The notes under the pieces: model-generated
What the model was told of the DNA's origin: nothing
Seen by the model: only the letters and a program-made list of their open reading frames with translations
Databases searched by the model: none
Shown here: positions 41,120 through 53,480 of the stretch, in pieces
How the letters are laid out: the number at the start of each line of letters is the position of its first letter
Position numbering within the stretch: the stretch's first letter is position 1
Program-made: the position numbers and the translations under genes
From: Ruditapes philippinarum
Lineage: Eukaryota
Assembly: GCF_026571515.1 (NCBI RefSeq)
Contig: NW_026855084.1
Location: forward strand, 1-64,000
Length of the DNA: 64,000 nt
Reading direction: 5' to 3'

Positions 41120-41905
41120 AATACTGAAACCTTCCTAATGCGAATTTTTTCGTGACAGTTTGAAAGATCAGTTTTAAGCCACCGAGGTTCTAATTCGGAT
41201 TTTTTTCAAGTACACGATGTTCTTTTTTCGGATCATTCAAGTTGTTAATAACTTTGAAGTTTAGAACCTTGCATCGTAACGTAAATTTTACATGCCGTAG
41301 ATCCGGCTTGTAAAACAATCGTAAACAGACCCCGAAAACATCATGTACGTTTTAGAAATATGTCACGTGCTTTCTCCCATTCATCTTCAAATGAAGAGTA
41401 CTTGGCCAATGGCTACGGAAAATACAAAACAGACATTTTCCGTAGAGAAATCAAAACGTGTCTTTAAAAGAAAATTAGACACTTTACAGAAAAATATCCT
41501 GAGAAATCCGATGCCTGGATAACAATAAATCTTTACACGATTGTCATGCTGCACCATTCATCGAGATTTTAATCTGAAATATGCAATTTCAACATGATTG
41601 TAATATTGCACCATTGCTAATCAGACACGCAGACAACTTATTGCTCCTTCCTGTCAGTGAGAAAATTGATTACATTCTCTTATTGAATTGAAATGTAGCA
41701 ATCATTCTCTTTATCCAATTTGTTTTCAGACAATAATGAAATGTATTGTACAAATGTTTAATGATATACCCAAGAAAGTAAAAAATTTCTTCGACAATTA
41801 TTATACAGGAATATTAGATTAAATTGTTGTTGCCCCGAATTTGTTTATCGTGTAAAATGTTAATGTAGGTATAGTAAACAAGTGGATTCGATGAATTGAT
41901 AAGAT
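41120..41905 (-). pseudogene. Triplicated block E copy 2 (chimeric)
   Basis: DNA paralogy to 36300-37010; minus frames PLAKYSSFEDEWEKARDIFLKRT* and NVHDVFGVCLRLFYKPDLRHVKFTLRC..LKLIFQTVTKKF. Confidence 0.38.
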
Positions 41906-43514
41906 TTATTTTAGATGTATCTGTTAAATGTGTACATCAACAAAATATTTTATTTAAAACACAACATATTTGTTTAAGTTAGGCCAAGGCTAAAGAAAGA
42001 AGAATTAGAAGATTAGAAAAATGACAAACAATATTTTTTCCCTGTGTAAGTAACATGCGTCATGGTTTTAGATGGATCTGTGTCAAAAAAGTGTTTAAGG
42101 AAATTAAATTGATAAAATCTATCGCGAAAATGAGCAAAGTAGTGGTATTCAAGAAGGCATAAGTTAATTTAAGAATTACATATTATTAATAGCTTTAGCT
42201 AGACACATGTATTACATTGTTTATATACTACCTGGGACTGCCAAATGATTGCATTAACACAAAAAATAAGTATGTTTGTTTGGTCCATACAATGTTGTTC
42301 CAGACATTTAAAAAAGAGCAATTATTAGTGCATGTTATTGCAAAACAATTTTATAGAACATTATAGCTAGACTTATAAAAATCGAAAATGTTAATTATTC
42401 TGTTTTAAAATATTTCTCATTTTTGATTCCAACATTTAATTATCACAGGCAACGCTATACATGAACTTATCACTGTTTAAATCAAAAAAATTACTTCTAG
42501 GACATTGAAACCATTTGAAATGCAAAAGTATATGTCTTACTCTTACTGAAAAGCATTTGCTTATAAAGATTTCAAGTTAAAATATAAGAAATGAATCTAG
42601 TTTTCTAAATTATTTATTAGCTTTACAATTGAACCAATGTTTGGTGTAGCGTAGATACAGCAAAGATTAAGACAAAAGGGTAAATATATAGAATATAAAT
42701 TTTGTATTTCTATAATAGTTGTATATATTTAATTTATTTATAATTCTGTAGAATATAGATGCTATAAATTGTGCAACCACACCTTTTGTTTATATTGCGT
42801 TTTTTAATACGAACAATCGGTTATCTACATATTCATGTCACAATCTAACAATCTTTACTTATTTTATATTTCTTGTTTGTTTATGAATAAGAACTGACAT
42901 TATTGTTTCAACCCTAAGTCCCTTAAGACATGTTATACAAAATCGAGGTTAGTTTGTAACACATAACCGTAACATATTTTAATTTGATATATCCATTTTG
43001 TCTGTGAATGGAATACCGCATGATCACTTTAGACTAATCTTAACAGCTTGAGATAATATGATATATTTGTAAACGGAACACATTTCTTGTCTATTCGTAA
43101 AGAGGCCAATAACATTTATTTCAGCAAGACATTTAATATTATAAACAATATTCATTTCAAACGTTAGTTTCAAAAGGCAATATCTAGCGAATATCATAAA
43201 GGAGCTGTACTGTCCTTTGGTAAAAAGTAGAATTGATGCAATTCAAATTAATACCTAAATAAATACGGTAACCTAGTAAAAGGGATGTATTTTTATGGAA
43301 TATATGAAAAAGCGAACACATTAGTTTTATGATGTCATGCCAAGAGAAAAAATACACATTAATTTTAATGAATCATAATGGAAAACCTCCTGCAGCTATG
43401 TAGTTTATTTATTCATACATTGCCTATCTTTTTTAATACAAACGCCCAAAACTTATTTTGCGTTCCCTTTATTATTAATAAATCAAGAGGACAAAATGTA
43501 GTTTCAAATGATGG

Positions 43515-44035
43515 GTTTGTTTGTTTGTTTGGATTTTTACGGCACGTCAACACATAACTGGCCATATCGTGCCGAATGCTATAATAGGCTTAAAATATTA
43601 TGTAAAACATTGTAAATGACAATAGAAATGAGCCAATTAGATCCTAGAATACAAGTTTATCTCTTTTAAGTAATCAATTATGTTTTTTGATGGAATTGTA
43701 TTAAAAAGTTCTTTGAGTGAATTTACAGAATAAAATATATTACGGGCCTGTGAAAAATCATGACATTCAAGAAGAAAATACTTGACAGTAAAATTTTCAT
43801 TACAACCTACACAGAAAGGGGCATTGTCATTTGTGAGGAGATAAGAGTGGGTAATTTTAGTGTGTCCAATTCGGCATCGAAGAAGAACTGTTTGGTCACG
43901 GCGGTTTGACAGAGATAGAGATGGTGACATATCAAGAGATGGGTTTATATCGTGAAGTTTATTAAAAACGGCATTGTCCCAATTTGCTTTCCATTCAGAT
44001 GATACGAGTCTATTTATAGCCGGTCTAAAATCACA
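43515..44035 (-). mobile_element. 5'-truncated non-LTR retrotransposon (I/Nimb-like, RNase H-bearing group): ORF2 C-terminus plus 3' UTR
   Basis: Translation DFRPAINRLVSSEWKANWD..NKLHDINP..RRDQTVLLRCRIGHTKITHSYLL..CVGC..TVKYFLLEC (RIGHT motif, degenerate CCHC knuckle); (CAAA)n tail. Confidence 0.92.
43637..44035 (-). CDS. Fragment of retrotransposon ORF2 (post-RNase H region and zinc knuckle); non-functional
   Basis: The ORF at 43637-43930 extends upstream in frame to the truncation point. Confidence 0.85.
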   Translation of the reverse strand, partial: CDFRPAINRLVSSEWKANWDNAVFNKLHDINPSLDMSPSLSLSNRRDQTVLLRCRIGHTKITHSYLLTNDNAPFCVGCNENFTVKYFLLECHDFSQARNIFYSVNSLKELFNTIPSKNIIDYLKEINLYSRI

Positions 44036-45329
44036 AGCAGAGCAGGTAACAATAAGTGGGAGATATATATAAACGCAATTATGAAGTTAATAAGGTAACG
44101 ATAGAAACACAAAAAAAGATACAATCTTTACTATGGTAAAAGCAAATTTATTTGATTTGCATTGGCTGTATCGGTTATTGTGTTAGTTAAACAAGTAAGA
44201 AGTTCAAATTACCCATGTCATTTTCTGAAACTGCACTCTTGTTTGAATGTATTACCTTCATTTTTCAAAATCTAATTTAAACTGTTGATTTTGACAGCAC
44301 GGTTTATTAATGACTTTGCTTCGTATTAAATTGATTGAACTATTATATCTATTGGTTTCTAAAAACCCTGGCAATGTTCAAAAGTTTTTGTTTATTTAGT
44401 TTAGTACCGAATTAATAATGGATGAAAATATTAATAGCTGCAAAGACTTAAGTTATATTAATTTAAAAGAAAATACTTGTAATTCAATCTATAAACATAC
44501 ATAGGTGTTCCGTTGGCATATTACGTATGAGAAATTATTTTTAACCCTTAATCTCTAATTAACATTTGAAAGTGAGAATAAAATAAATTTACATGAAGCA
44601 AGACTGTAATTGTATTGACAGATTATTACTTTATTACAAAGTGTTACGTTTATAATTAATGTTCGATAGAAAAACAGCAACATAATTTCCATTTTGAAAT
44701 CATCGTTGTATTGGAACCATTAGTAATATTACGAAAAATGCTATTTTTAACCTTTGACTCTGAAAAGAAGTAATTTCCGAATAGCTTTCCCAAATTCGAA
44801 GTTTATAAATTATAGTTCTGACTAATGCTTATGCCAATACAAAATTTAATGTTTATTTCCATTTGAACTGTCGCTTGCAATAACCCTGTGTGGTGCCTTT
44901 TTCATAATTAACTGTTAGAAAAGCAAAATGTCCTTATACTACTAATAAGAACCATAAGCACAGATCACACTTTTCATGCATTTTGCTAAATATCTAAGTA
45001 ATAAATTTATATAGCGATACTTGCGCTGACTTAAAGGATATTCTTACGTTTTATTGAAAGCCGTTTTCCGTTATTTTCATTCTATATATTTTGAAGGTCA
45101 ATGTTCAGATGCAAATATCCTAGTTTCTAAGCCAAATTATAAAACACAAACTTGATTTCACACTTAACGAAACTAATCAATGGAACATATTTCAATTTTC
45201 TTTTTGCGTTTTAGAAAAAAGTATTTAACTAGCAATTTACCATATTAACCTCAATAACACCCACCTCCTGTTAAGCAGCACTTATAGAAACTGTTTGAAA
45301 TTTATCAGGATTCTAATCCGGAAAAAAGC

Positions 45330-46110
45330 AGTTCAATTTCTAAACCGTGTTCTTGTTTCGTAATATCCATGTTGTTTGCAGATTTGCACAATGCATCGTA
45401 ACGATAATGTTACATGTAGTATGTCCACATTGTTAAAGCAATAGTTATACGACCTCCGCGTACATTTTAGAAACATGACATATGTGTTCTCCCATTCACC
45501 TTCCAATGAAGAGTGACTTCGCCAATGACTACGAAAAATCAACAACAGAGACTTGCCCCTTTAATTCCCTTATGGGCCCGTTTTAGTTTATATTATTTCA
45601 CATTACATGCCCCACTCCTTTCACCCTTATGTCCGCTCCAGGTTTTTTTGAGTGTGTCGGGGGCTGCATCCTGTGAACGTTGCCTTTGCCTTGTTGATCT
45701 TTATTCTTGTTTTCTTTTGCCGTAGTGGAATCAAAATGTGCCTTTAAAAGAAAACTAGACGGTTTAGAGAAAAAAGTCCTGAAAAACTCTGCTGCTTGGA
45801 TGACAAGACTTTAGTTACATGATTGTAATGTTGCACCATTGCTAATCAGACATGCAGACAACTTATTGCTTCTTGCTGTCAGTGAAAAGATTGATAACAT
45901 TCTCTTATTGAATTGAAATGTACCAATCCTTCCCTTTATCCAATTTGTTTTTAGACAATAATGAAAATATATCGGACAAATGTTTGATGATATACCCAAG
46001 TTAGTTAAATTTTCTTTCGGCAATTCAGGAATAATAGATTAAAATTGTAGTTTCCCCGCATTTCCTGATCGTGTAAAATGTGAATGTTGGTATAGGCAAA
46101 CAAGTACGTT
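45330..46110 (-). pseudogene. Triplicated block E copy 3, interrupted by a ~170 bp insertion
   Basis: Contains ORFs 45811-46023 (NWIKG..SACLISNGATLQSC) and 45333-45545 (SSLEGEWENTYVMFLK); paralogy to 36.3-37.0 kb and 41.1-41.9 kb. Confidence 0.38.
45555..45720 (+). mobile_element. Short insertion, probably a retroelement 3' fragment
   Basis: Absent from paralogs at ~36640 and ~41430; GC-richer with a T-rich end; possible short TSD TTGCC. Confidence 0.5.
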
Positions 46111-46464
46111 CGATGTTTTGATGTATCTGTCAAATATGTACAGCAACAAAAATGAATATTTATTCAAAACAACCTATTTAAATTTATAGGGACGTGTCGA
46201 AGAAATAAGGAATAAAGATTAGATAAAAGTCAATTAAAACAGCATGAAAAGTGAAAAACGATTTTATTCCTTTTCCTTAGTTACATGTATTTAGAATTTA
46301 TTAGTGTCATTAGTTTGAGATATGGAACTTAAAGTTAAAATATGTATTCCTCATTCTGTTGCGATTAAATATGTTTATTATTTCAACAGAACTGCATGTT
46401 ATATGACTGAGTAATGTCATTTTACAAGCAAGTTATTTACGTGCGACATACGCTGATTGAAACG

Positions 46465-47240
46465 AATGACAAATTGGAAACCATTGGAAGTTGACTAACA
46501 ACTGTCATAAGTGTTGATATAAGATGTAGGTGTAATGTTCGGTGAGTTTATTGTTATTGCGGATACGGAATGGACTTCTATTTTTCAATCTACCTGACAT
46601 GCGTGAGAATAAAACTATTCTTAATTCTTAGAAGAACTTTCGATTAAGGCGTTGAATTGTGTAGGTACTGATAAGGTAGAGCATTTCCAAACAAATCATG
46701 TTAAAACAACGAAGTTTAAAAGCGATATCAAGGACAGATTTAGACAATGTCATGTTCTTTACTGTATAGAGTAGGTTAGTTTGAAGACATTCCTATTAAA
46801 AATGTGTCAGAATTGAATCGTATACTCATAAATGTACAGTGCATTAACTGAGGTGCAGATATTGGTAACGCACTGTCGGTCGGGGATAACAATAAAGCAT
46901 GCTCTTGATTAGCTACTTTTTCTCATATCTACTTAATATGAAGACAGGGAAAGGGGTAAAAAAGTCATATTCATATGTTCGTTTACAGGTAACATGTTTT
47001 TCTTGGGCTTCATATTGTGGCGACATCGACAGTGCTTTTCTTATTTTTGCCAATGATACAAAAGAAAAAGAACTATAATCTTATTTATAAGTGTGTAGCC
47101 CGCCTCGCATAAATCAGATAGCATCGAGTTTCGATGATGATCCTTCTGTTACAAAGCACCTCTTTTAGATTGCAACTTAGTACTAGTGACATGCTAGGAA
47201 TATGGTGCATATTCCGCTCGGAAATTGCAAATTTCAATTA
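46465..47240 (+). pseudogene. Decayed tandem TIR-like coding remnant
   Basis: Consecutive broken frames MFGEFIVIADTEWTSIF / RENKTILNS / LEELSIKALNC..KSDIKDRFRQCHVLYCIE*, then DIDSAFLIFANDTKEKEL*SYL. Confidence 0.33.
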
Positions 47241-48330
47241 ATTTTCTTATATCTTTTTGTTAAACCTGTGAGTATGTGAGTAAAAGCAAAAATCAAACAA
47301 ACGTTCAAAATATTTTTTACTTAAATCCAATAAATATACGGCTAGGTTTTTAAAAATTAAAAAACAATATCAACTCGGGAGGCATGCAATGAATGCATAC
47401 CCTGTCACAGGACAACTGGTAAGAAGCCCAGCTGAAAAACATTAAGAACAGGGCATCTGGGCAAATAACGGACGGGATGTTATTATAAATCATAAGGAAA
47501 TCATAGAAACCTACAAAGTAGATAGAGATGAAACATCATAATAATTAATTGAGAGGCTTTAAAAAGATAAAATAAGGATAAGGGTTATAGACCAAAAGCA
47601 GGCTTACTTATTATATTCGTTTATTATAATAATATGGTTATGTAAGACATGTGCGACTGCAGTCTCTCTCGTTTAATGAATGGTGAAAGATATATATTAC
47701 CTGAAATGTTTTAACACATTTTTATCAATTATTCTATTTTCGTTTATATCCGATACGACAAGCAATATAAGGTACTGAGTCTGCGTGTAACAGTGACGTT
47801 TAAATTTTTAAGCCTACTTATGTTCTTAAACTAACAAACATTATTTACATCGATCGATCTATGAGAAATTAAGAAAGAAAACGTTTGTGATACCATATCG
47901 TTAGCATTGAATTAACATAGTCAAATCTCGTATCTTAGTATGTTTAAAAAATAATTTTAATGTTTGTCAAAATAACATTTACTTGAAGAAAAAGTGTGGA
48001 AGTTGTTAAATCATTCTAAAAGGTCGGTGGGAATAGCGTAATTGTGCACACTTGGAATTGATACAATATGACAATCCAAATTAAATCGTGTAATATTTAA
48101 CGAGAAAACAAATGGACCGAGCTAGATAAAATTTGGAAATCGAGATTATTTGAAGTCTGGTCCCATGTTTCAAAACTTGTATAATTATACCGATCGTAAT
48201 ATTTCTAGAAAAAAACGCATTCAATTATAAATAAACGAAATAGGTTTTACTGTTGTCTATTACAATGCGGATTTTAGTTACAATGTCCCCGTTCTAATTT
48301 TAACTTTTAGTTAGTTAGACGATATATATG

Positions 48331-48359
48331 TTTATTAATTTATTTATTCATTTATTCAT

Positions 48360-48390
<31 letters not shown>

Positions 48391-48392
48391 TT
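48331..48392 (+). repeat. (TTTA)n microsatellite
   Basis: Tandem TTTA/TTCA. Confidence 0.95.
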
Positions 48393-50639
48393 AATAATTG
48401 AAATTTCACTGAAATGTTTCCAACTTTAAAATTAAGGTATTAAAAAAGAACCTCAAGATAGTTTTCTACAAGAAATATTCAACTGTTTCTTCTGTTACTA
48501 TATCCAATGTGTCGTGCAGTAACTGACATTTTTTTGTTGTTGTTGTTTTTTTTTTTTTTTTTTTTTTTTTTACATTTTTTGACATCAGGGAAAACATTTT
48601 CATTTGGCTAATATCTATGCGGTAGCTAGTTCCATCACTTTACGTTTCGATGATCTTGCCCGAACAAATACTTTTATACTCAAGAATAAGAATAAATCGA
48701 AATTACAAATACCTTTATTTCATAATCGACTTTCTATTTACTGTATCCAATGATAGACATAAACTGTTGGTCACTTCAATCAAATAGAGACAATGTATTT
48801 GGGGAACCCTTTTTATTGAAAGTAATAACCTTATGATTAATGCCGATGTGGTATTTAACAGAAAAAAAAACCTCCTGTATTTCTATGTTTTCACAACTTG
48901 ATTGATTGGTTTCATCTTTCGTGTATTTTATCAGATAATTAACTTTTCCATCGCACTCCATGACTTTTCATATAGTCGGAGTCACAAAATTTTCTTATTT
49001 ATCATCATTTTACACATAGATGTACATGAAGCGTGGGTCTCATTTCATAATGTTTATTATCATGTTCAAGCAGTGTTTCTTCTATTTAATTTTTCTATTA
49101 ATATAAACAACAATCCTCTGATGATTTTTTTCATTCTTTTATGTATTTGTTTTATTTTTTTATTTAATTTTATTATATCATTTTTATTATTTTTTGCATA
49201 TATGGTTAACAAAATAGTCTTGAAAAGTACAATTTTAAGCTATTTGTGTTTTAAGGTTGTAAGATGGTTTTGCTAATTAGGTGTTTCCCAAATGATCTTC
49301 GTTTTCACATGTAATTATCATAATGGTTTAAAGAGCTGAAAAGGAGATTCATAACAAATTTGTCAGAAGCGTTCTACAATAACAACACTCATGCCAACAT
49401 AGGCATCATGATACATGATAAAAAATTTCGTTATTTATTTTCAAAACTATATAATCATAACCAGGACATGAACTAATTATTCACAGTAAAACAGTCGATC
49501 TTTGTCTAAAGACGGTCCTTACATACAAAAGATGTCTCATTACTACTTGAAAAACGGTCATTCATCACCTCATAATTTTTAAGTTATTTTCTGTCAAAAC
49601 AGTCCTGTTAAGATAATTATGTTTCGCTTTAAGTTGAACATTAATGTAGTTTATTTATGCCCTAGGATTTGAGCGGGAATACATCTGTACATATTTCGTC
49701 AATTTTGTCAATTTCAAATTGAAAATTGATTTATTTAATAAAAAGAAGAATCCTACTCAAAATATCTAATTCAGATTCAGCTTTTTAATTTCAAATTTGT
49801 TCTGAAAAACGATAAGTACTTTGATATCATAGAACGCTTTTTCAAATTAGGGAATATGAAAGCTTGCTTTTGAAAAAGAAACGATAAGATACCGTTCATT
49901 GATCCATTTACTTCTTCACCCAAACTTGTAGTATAAAGATAGTAAAATGATATCCAATATCGATAGAAAAACCACATTTTATGTTAAAATGATACTTAAA
50001 ATAATAATGTTCAAATGTTTGTTAAAAATCACCTAATATTACAAAATGATTATTTTCCCCTAAACTCTACAGTTTAATACCCATCATTTCTGAATCTTTA
50101 CCAAAACATAAATACTTTAATCTATAAAATTAAACATCAAAATATCTGGATAATTTACTTACTTAAAGGGATTACTTGATAATTCAAAGCGATACAAATG
50201 CTGTTTGAAGTACCATGTGGGAGATTTGTATGTTTCTTTTCGGAAACAAATCTATTTAAAAAATTATTTTCTATTTTTATTGATGTTTTTTCATTCACTT
50301 TTTTGTTGTGAATAGATAAATGCCTTTTTTGTAGTTGATCTACAATATATATGTAAACAACCAATGTAGCTTACGGAATAACTGTCTTTCTTGTTTAAAA
50401 TGTTAGTTACATGCAGCCAAAATTCAGAAAAATTCAAACTATTATGTTTATTTAAGCATATCAGTCAATTAACACGTATGTTTATTTACAGTTCAAAACT
50501 GTGCGCAATCTCACGAATATCTATGGCCAGGTTTGATGTATACTCTTTTTGTTTGTGTAGGTTCAATGGCACGTTGACACAATGCTGATTGAATCGCGTC
50601 GAACACTATAAATATTTAAACATGTTTATCAACCTAAAG

Positions 50640-51290
50640 TTAGTTACTATATGCTAAGAACACGAGTTCGATAAACATCGATCACGAACTTGTGCAAGAT
50701 CATAAAATTTCATACCGAATAGAATAAATTGAAAAATCTATTCAAAGCAATACAAAATAGAACACCACCTCCTGTTCTATAGCTCTAGTGTATCCAATTC
50801 GGCATCTTAAATAATTTGTCATAATGATTTAGACGAGAAAGAGTTAATGACACGTCAAGACACGGCTTGATAACACGAAGTTTGTACAATACTATTGGTC
50901 CCATTTTGATCTCCATTCAGATAATAACATTTTAATATTAAATCACGTTTGTGTAACAGTACCTTGATTTGGTGAGTATTAAAATATTCCTTAGCCTCAA
51001 AATTTTACTTTTTCATTTCATCGTATACTTAATTTGTTTAGGATCCAACGTATTGTGGCCTGGGATATTTTTTAAACTATCAAATAGCAATAGGAGTTTC
51101 TTTCATAATGATAATATTATCGGATGTTTGTTGTTTATTTGAAAATAAGAGAGTGAATCTTAACAAAAACATATAACAAACACCTATATAAAATTACAAA
51201 TATATATGTGCTGTGTAATGTATGTCACGATTAGATTAATGGATTTCACTGAAGCTGTAAATATACTATGCATTATCATGTGGTGCAATT
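50640..51290 (-). mobile_element. Old degenerate LINE fragment related to the 43.5-44.0 kb element, including RNase H remnants
   Basis: TG(T/A)TCCAATTCGGCATC..TCAAGA..CGAAGTTT..TCCATTCAGAT collinear with 43860-44000; minus-strand SIFTA and RWILNKLSIR*NEKV resemble the RNase H motifs SIFTAE and WIPSHxGIxGNE. Confidence 0.72.
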
Positions 51291-52949
51291 CTAGAGGTTA
51301 TTATTTTCAAAGACTTGCTTATTCAGGAAAAGTGTAAGTCCACGGGTGAACTTCGTCTTCAACATTTCGATCAATATATTTTGGATTTCAGTTTGACTTA
51401 ACTGTTTGAAGAGTGTCTCACGCTAAATTTAAACATGTGTTTTGGGTTTAACGGCGACACTGACAAATTACTGGTCATGATGTATACTATCGAACATTTC
51501 TAAATACTATTTCTACTTGACCATCAGCAAAAGAATCATAACCTAACTCTGATCGGATTAGACTTCTGCATAATTGTGTTTTAGTAGAGGAACCTTATCC
51601 CCAGTCTGAGCTCAACAAAAACTTTAAACTTTAATACATTGGAAGCTATTAGGCATTAAGATTATAACACTTTATCATAATTATGTATGTTTTATAATAG
51701 AAATAATTGATTAAAGATATACTACGCTCGTCTTTGAGTACAATACTTTTATAACAGAAATTTATTGAAATCTATTAAATTATTCCTGAATATGTCTGAT
51801 TTGAATAAGTGAATGTAAAGATTATGTCTGGGAAGCATTCCCTATCACTTTTTAAAATTAAATTGGTCTATTCTTATAAAAATCGTGTTAAATAACAGTA
51901 TGTAATCATACTTTGATTATGCGTAGTGCGTAGAGTTTAAAACGTTAATTTCATTTAAAAGCTTTTTAATTTGTACGCTATTTTGTTGGTTTCAAAGTTT
52001 ATTGGTTTTATTGTAATGAGTTAATATGATATTTTGGCAAATAGCATTAATATATAATATAAAGGGGGGGGGGGATAGGTCAAACTGTGTGATGTTCATG
52101 AAAACACTCATTTGGTGATTCAAAACATTGCAATCTATAAAATATTGCCATTTGAAATTGAAATCGAAAGTATCACGTAATAATTCGTCATGACTTACTA
52201 CTTCAAATGCTCATATTTCATTGATAAGGGTATCTTTTCTATGTAAAACGTACTTTAATCAAGTTAATACCCAAAAGAATTATGAGCAGGATACATCAAA
52301 GACATGTACCGGCCCACGGCACTGTCTCGAATACTCTAGTAAATTGAACAATATGAAATGCATTTCATGTCTAAAGGTTTATTTCTTTGTGATGTATTGT
52401 CATCGCAATATTTGTATATGCTAATAATAAATTCCATTAGAAGACATCTTGAAGATCGGAAACAGTAAGTTGTTGATTCTAATGAAAAATTGTTGCGATA
52501 AAATATTCAGTACAAGAATTTTCGTGGTTTCTTAGGAACGTTAATGAGTAAGAAATTTAGCATATCATATCTAGAAGTAACCTTTAACATTTATACTTTT
52601 AATAACATTGAACTGCGAGTTATTATGTTGCAGAAATAGATGCTTTTGCGCCACATTAACATAAATCCTTTCTTAGATGTGTAGTGTATATACGAATAGA
52701 TGCCATCTTAAACCACTGCGATTTATCATAATAATTTTTAAATTATGAGCATGACATTTTGTAGATATATCTTTAATTTCAAATTCACTGCGCTTTAAAT
52801 CGATAACGCGACAATTCTTAAGTTTTAAGTTATATATTCATTAAACATTTAGTAAAGTACAGTACAAAAGTGATTCTTTTATAATCAAATAACTTTCGGT
52901 TCAAAATTTATCTTTGATGTATAATTAAATGCTATAAAAATTGATAAAA

Positions 52950-53480
52950 AGATATTTTTAAGATAAGATTTAATTTAAAGCCACTATAGCTGCGGTTCTC
53001 TTTTCAATCATACGATTGCCTGATAAAATTATTTCACATTTATAAAATCCTTGAAATACACGCAGACAAACTATATCTGTATAAAGAAAAACACCTCTCA
53101 ATTTCACGCTTCCGTCATTCATCACGCTAACATAAACATAAACAAACGTTACAAGATTCGGAAGAATTTTTCAACATAAACCATAGGAAGGAAGAAATAA
53201 TTGAATAACAAAAAAATGCAGAAAAGCAACCGGAAATGTAGTTCTTTGAATAGGGTTACTTTTGTTATGAATGAATTGTGTTTAGAGACGGTGTATTTTC
53301 TTAAATGTCTCATTATGGCAGGTGTTTTCATGACTTTTACGGTTTTCGTCGTTTATACATTATAACATCAATACAAGACATATAGAACATGTATTTTTTT
53401 AGACGATCGATATCATTGAACAACTGCTGTCCTCATTATTGTCCGTTATTTCCTAATCGAAACATCCTACAGCTTAGCTA
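52950..53480 (-). pseudogene. Decayed TM plus TIR-like remnant
   Basis: The ORF at 53149-53331 ends in hydrophobic LLFCIFLLFNYFFLPMVYV; the next frame reads MNDGSVKLRGVFLYTDIVCLRVFQGFYKCEII. Confidence 0.33.

Noticed and set aside
48902-49276. 124-aa hydrophobic ORF
   Set aside because: Low-complexity T-rich sequence giving F/I/L; non-ATG start; no recognisable motif
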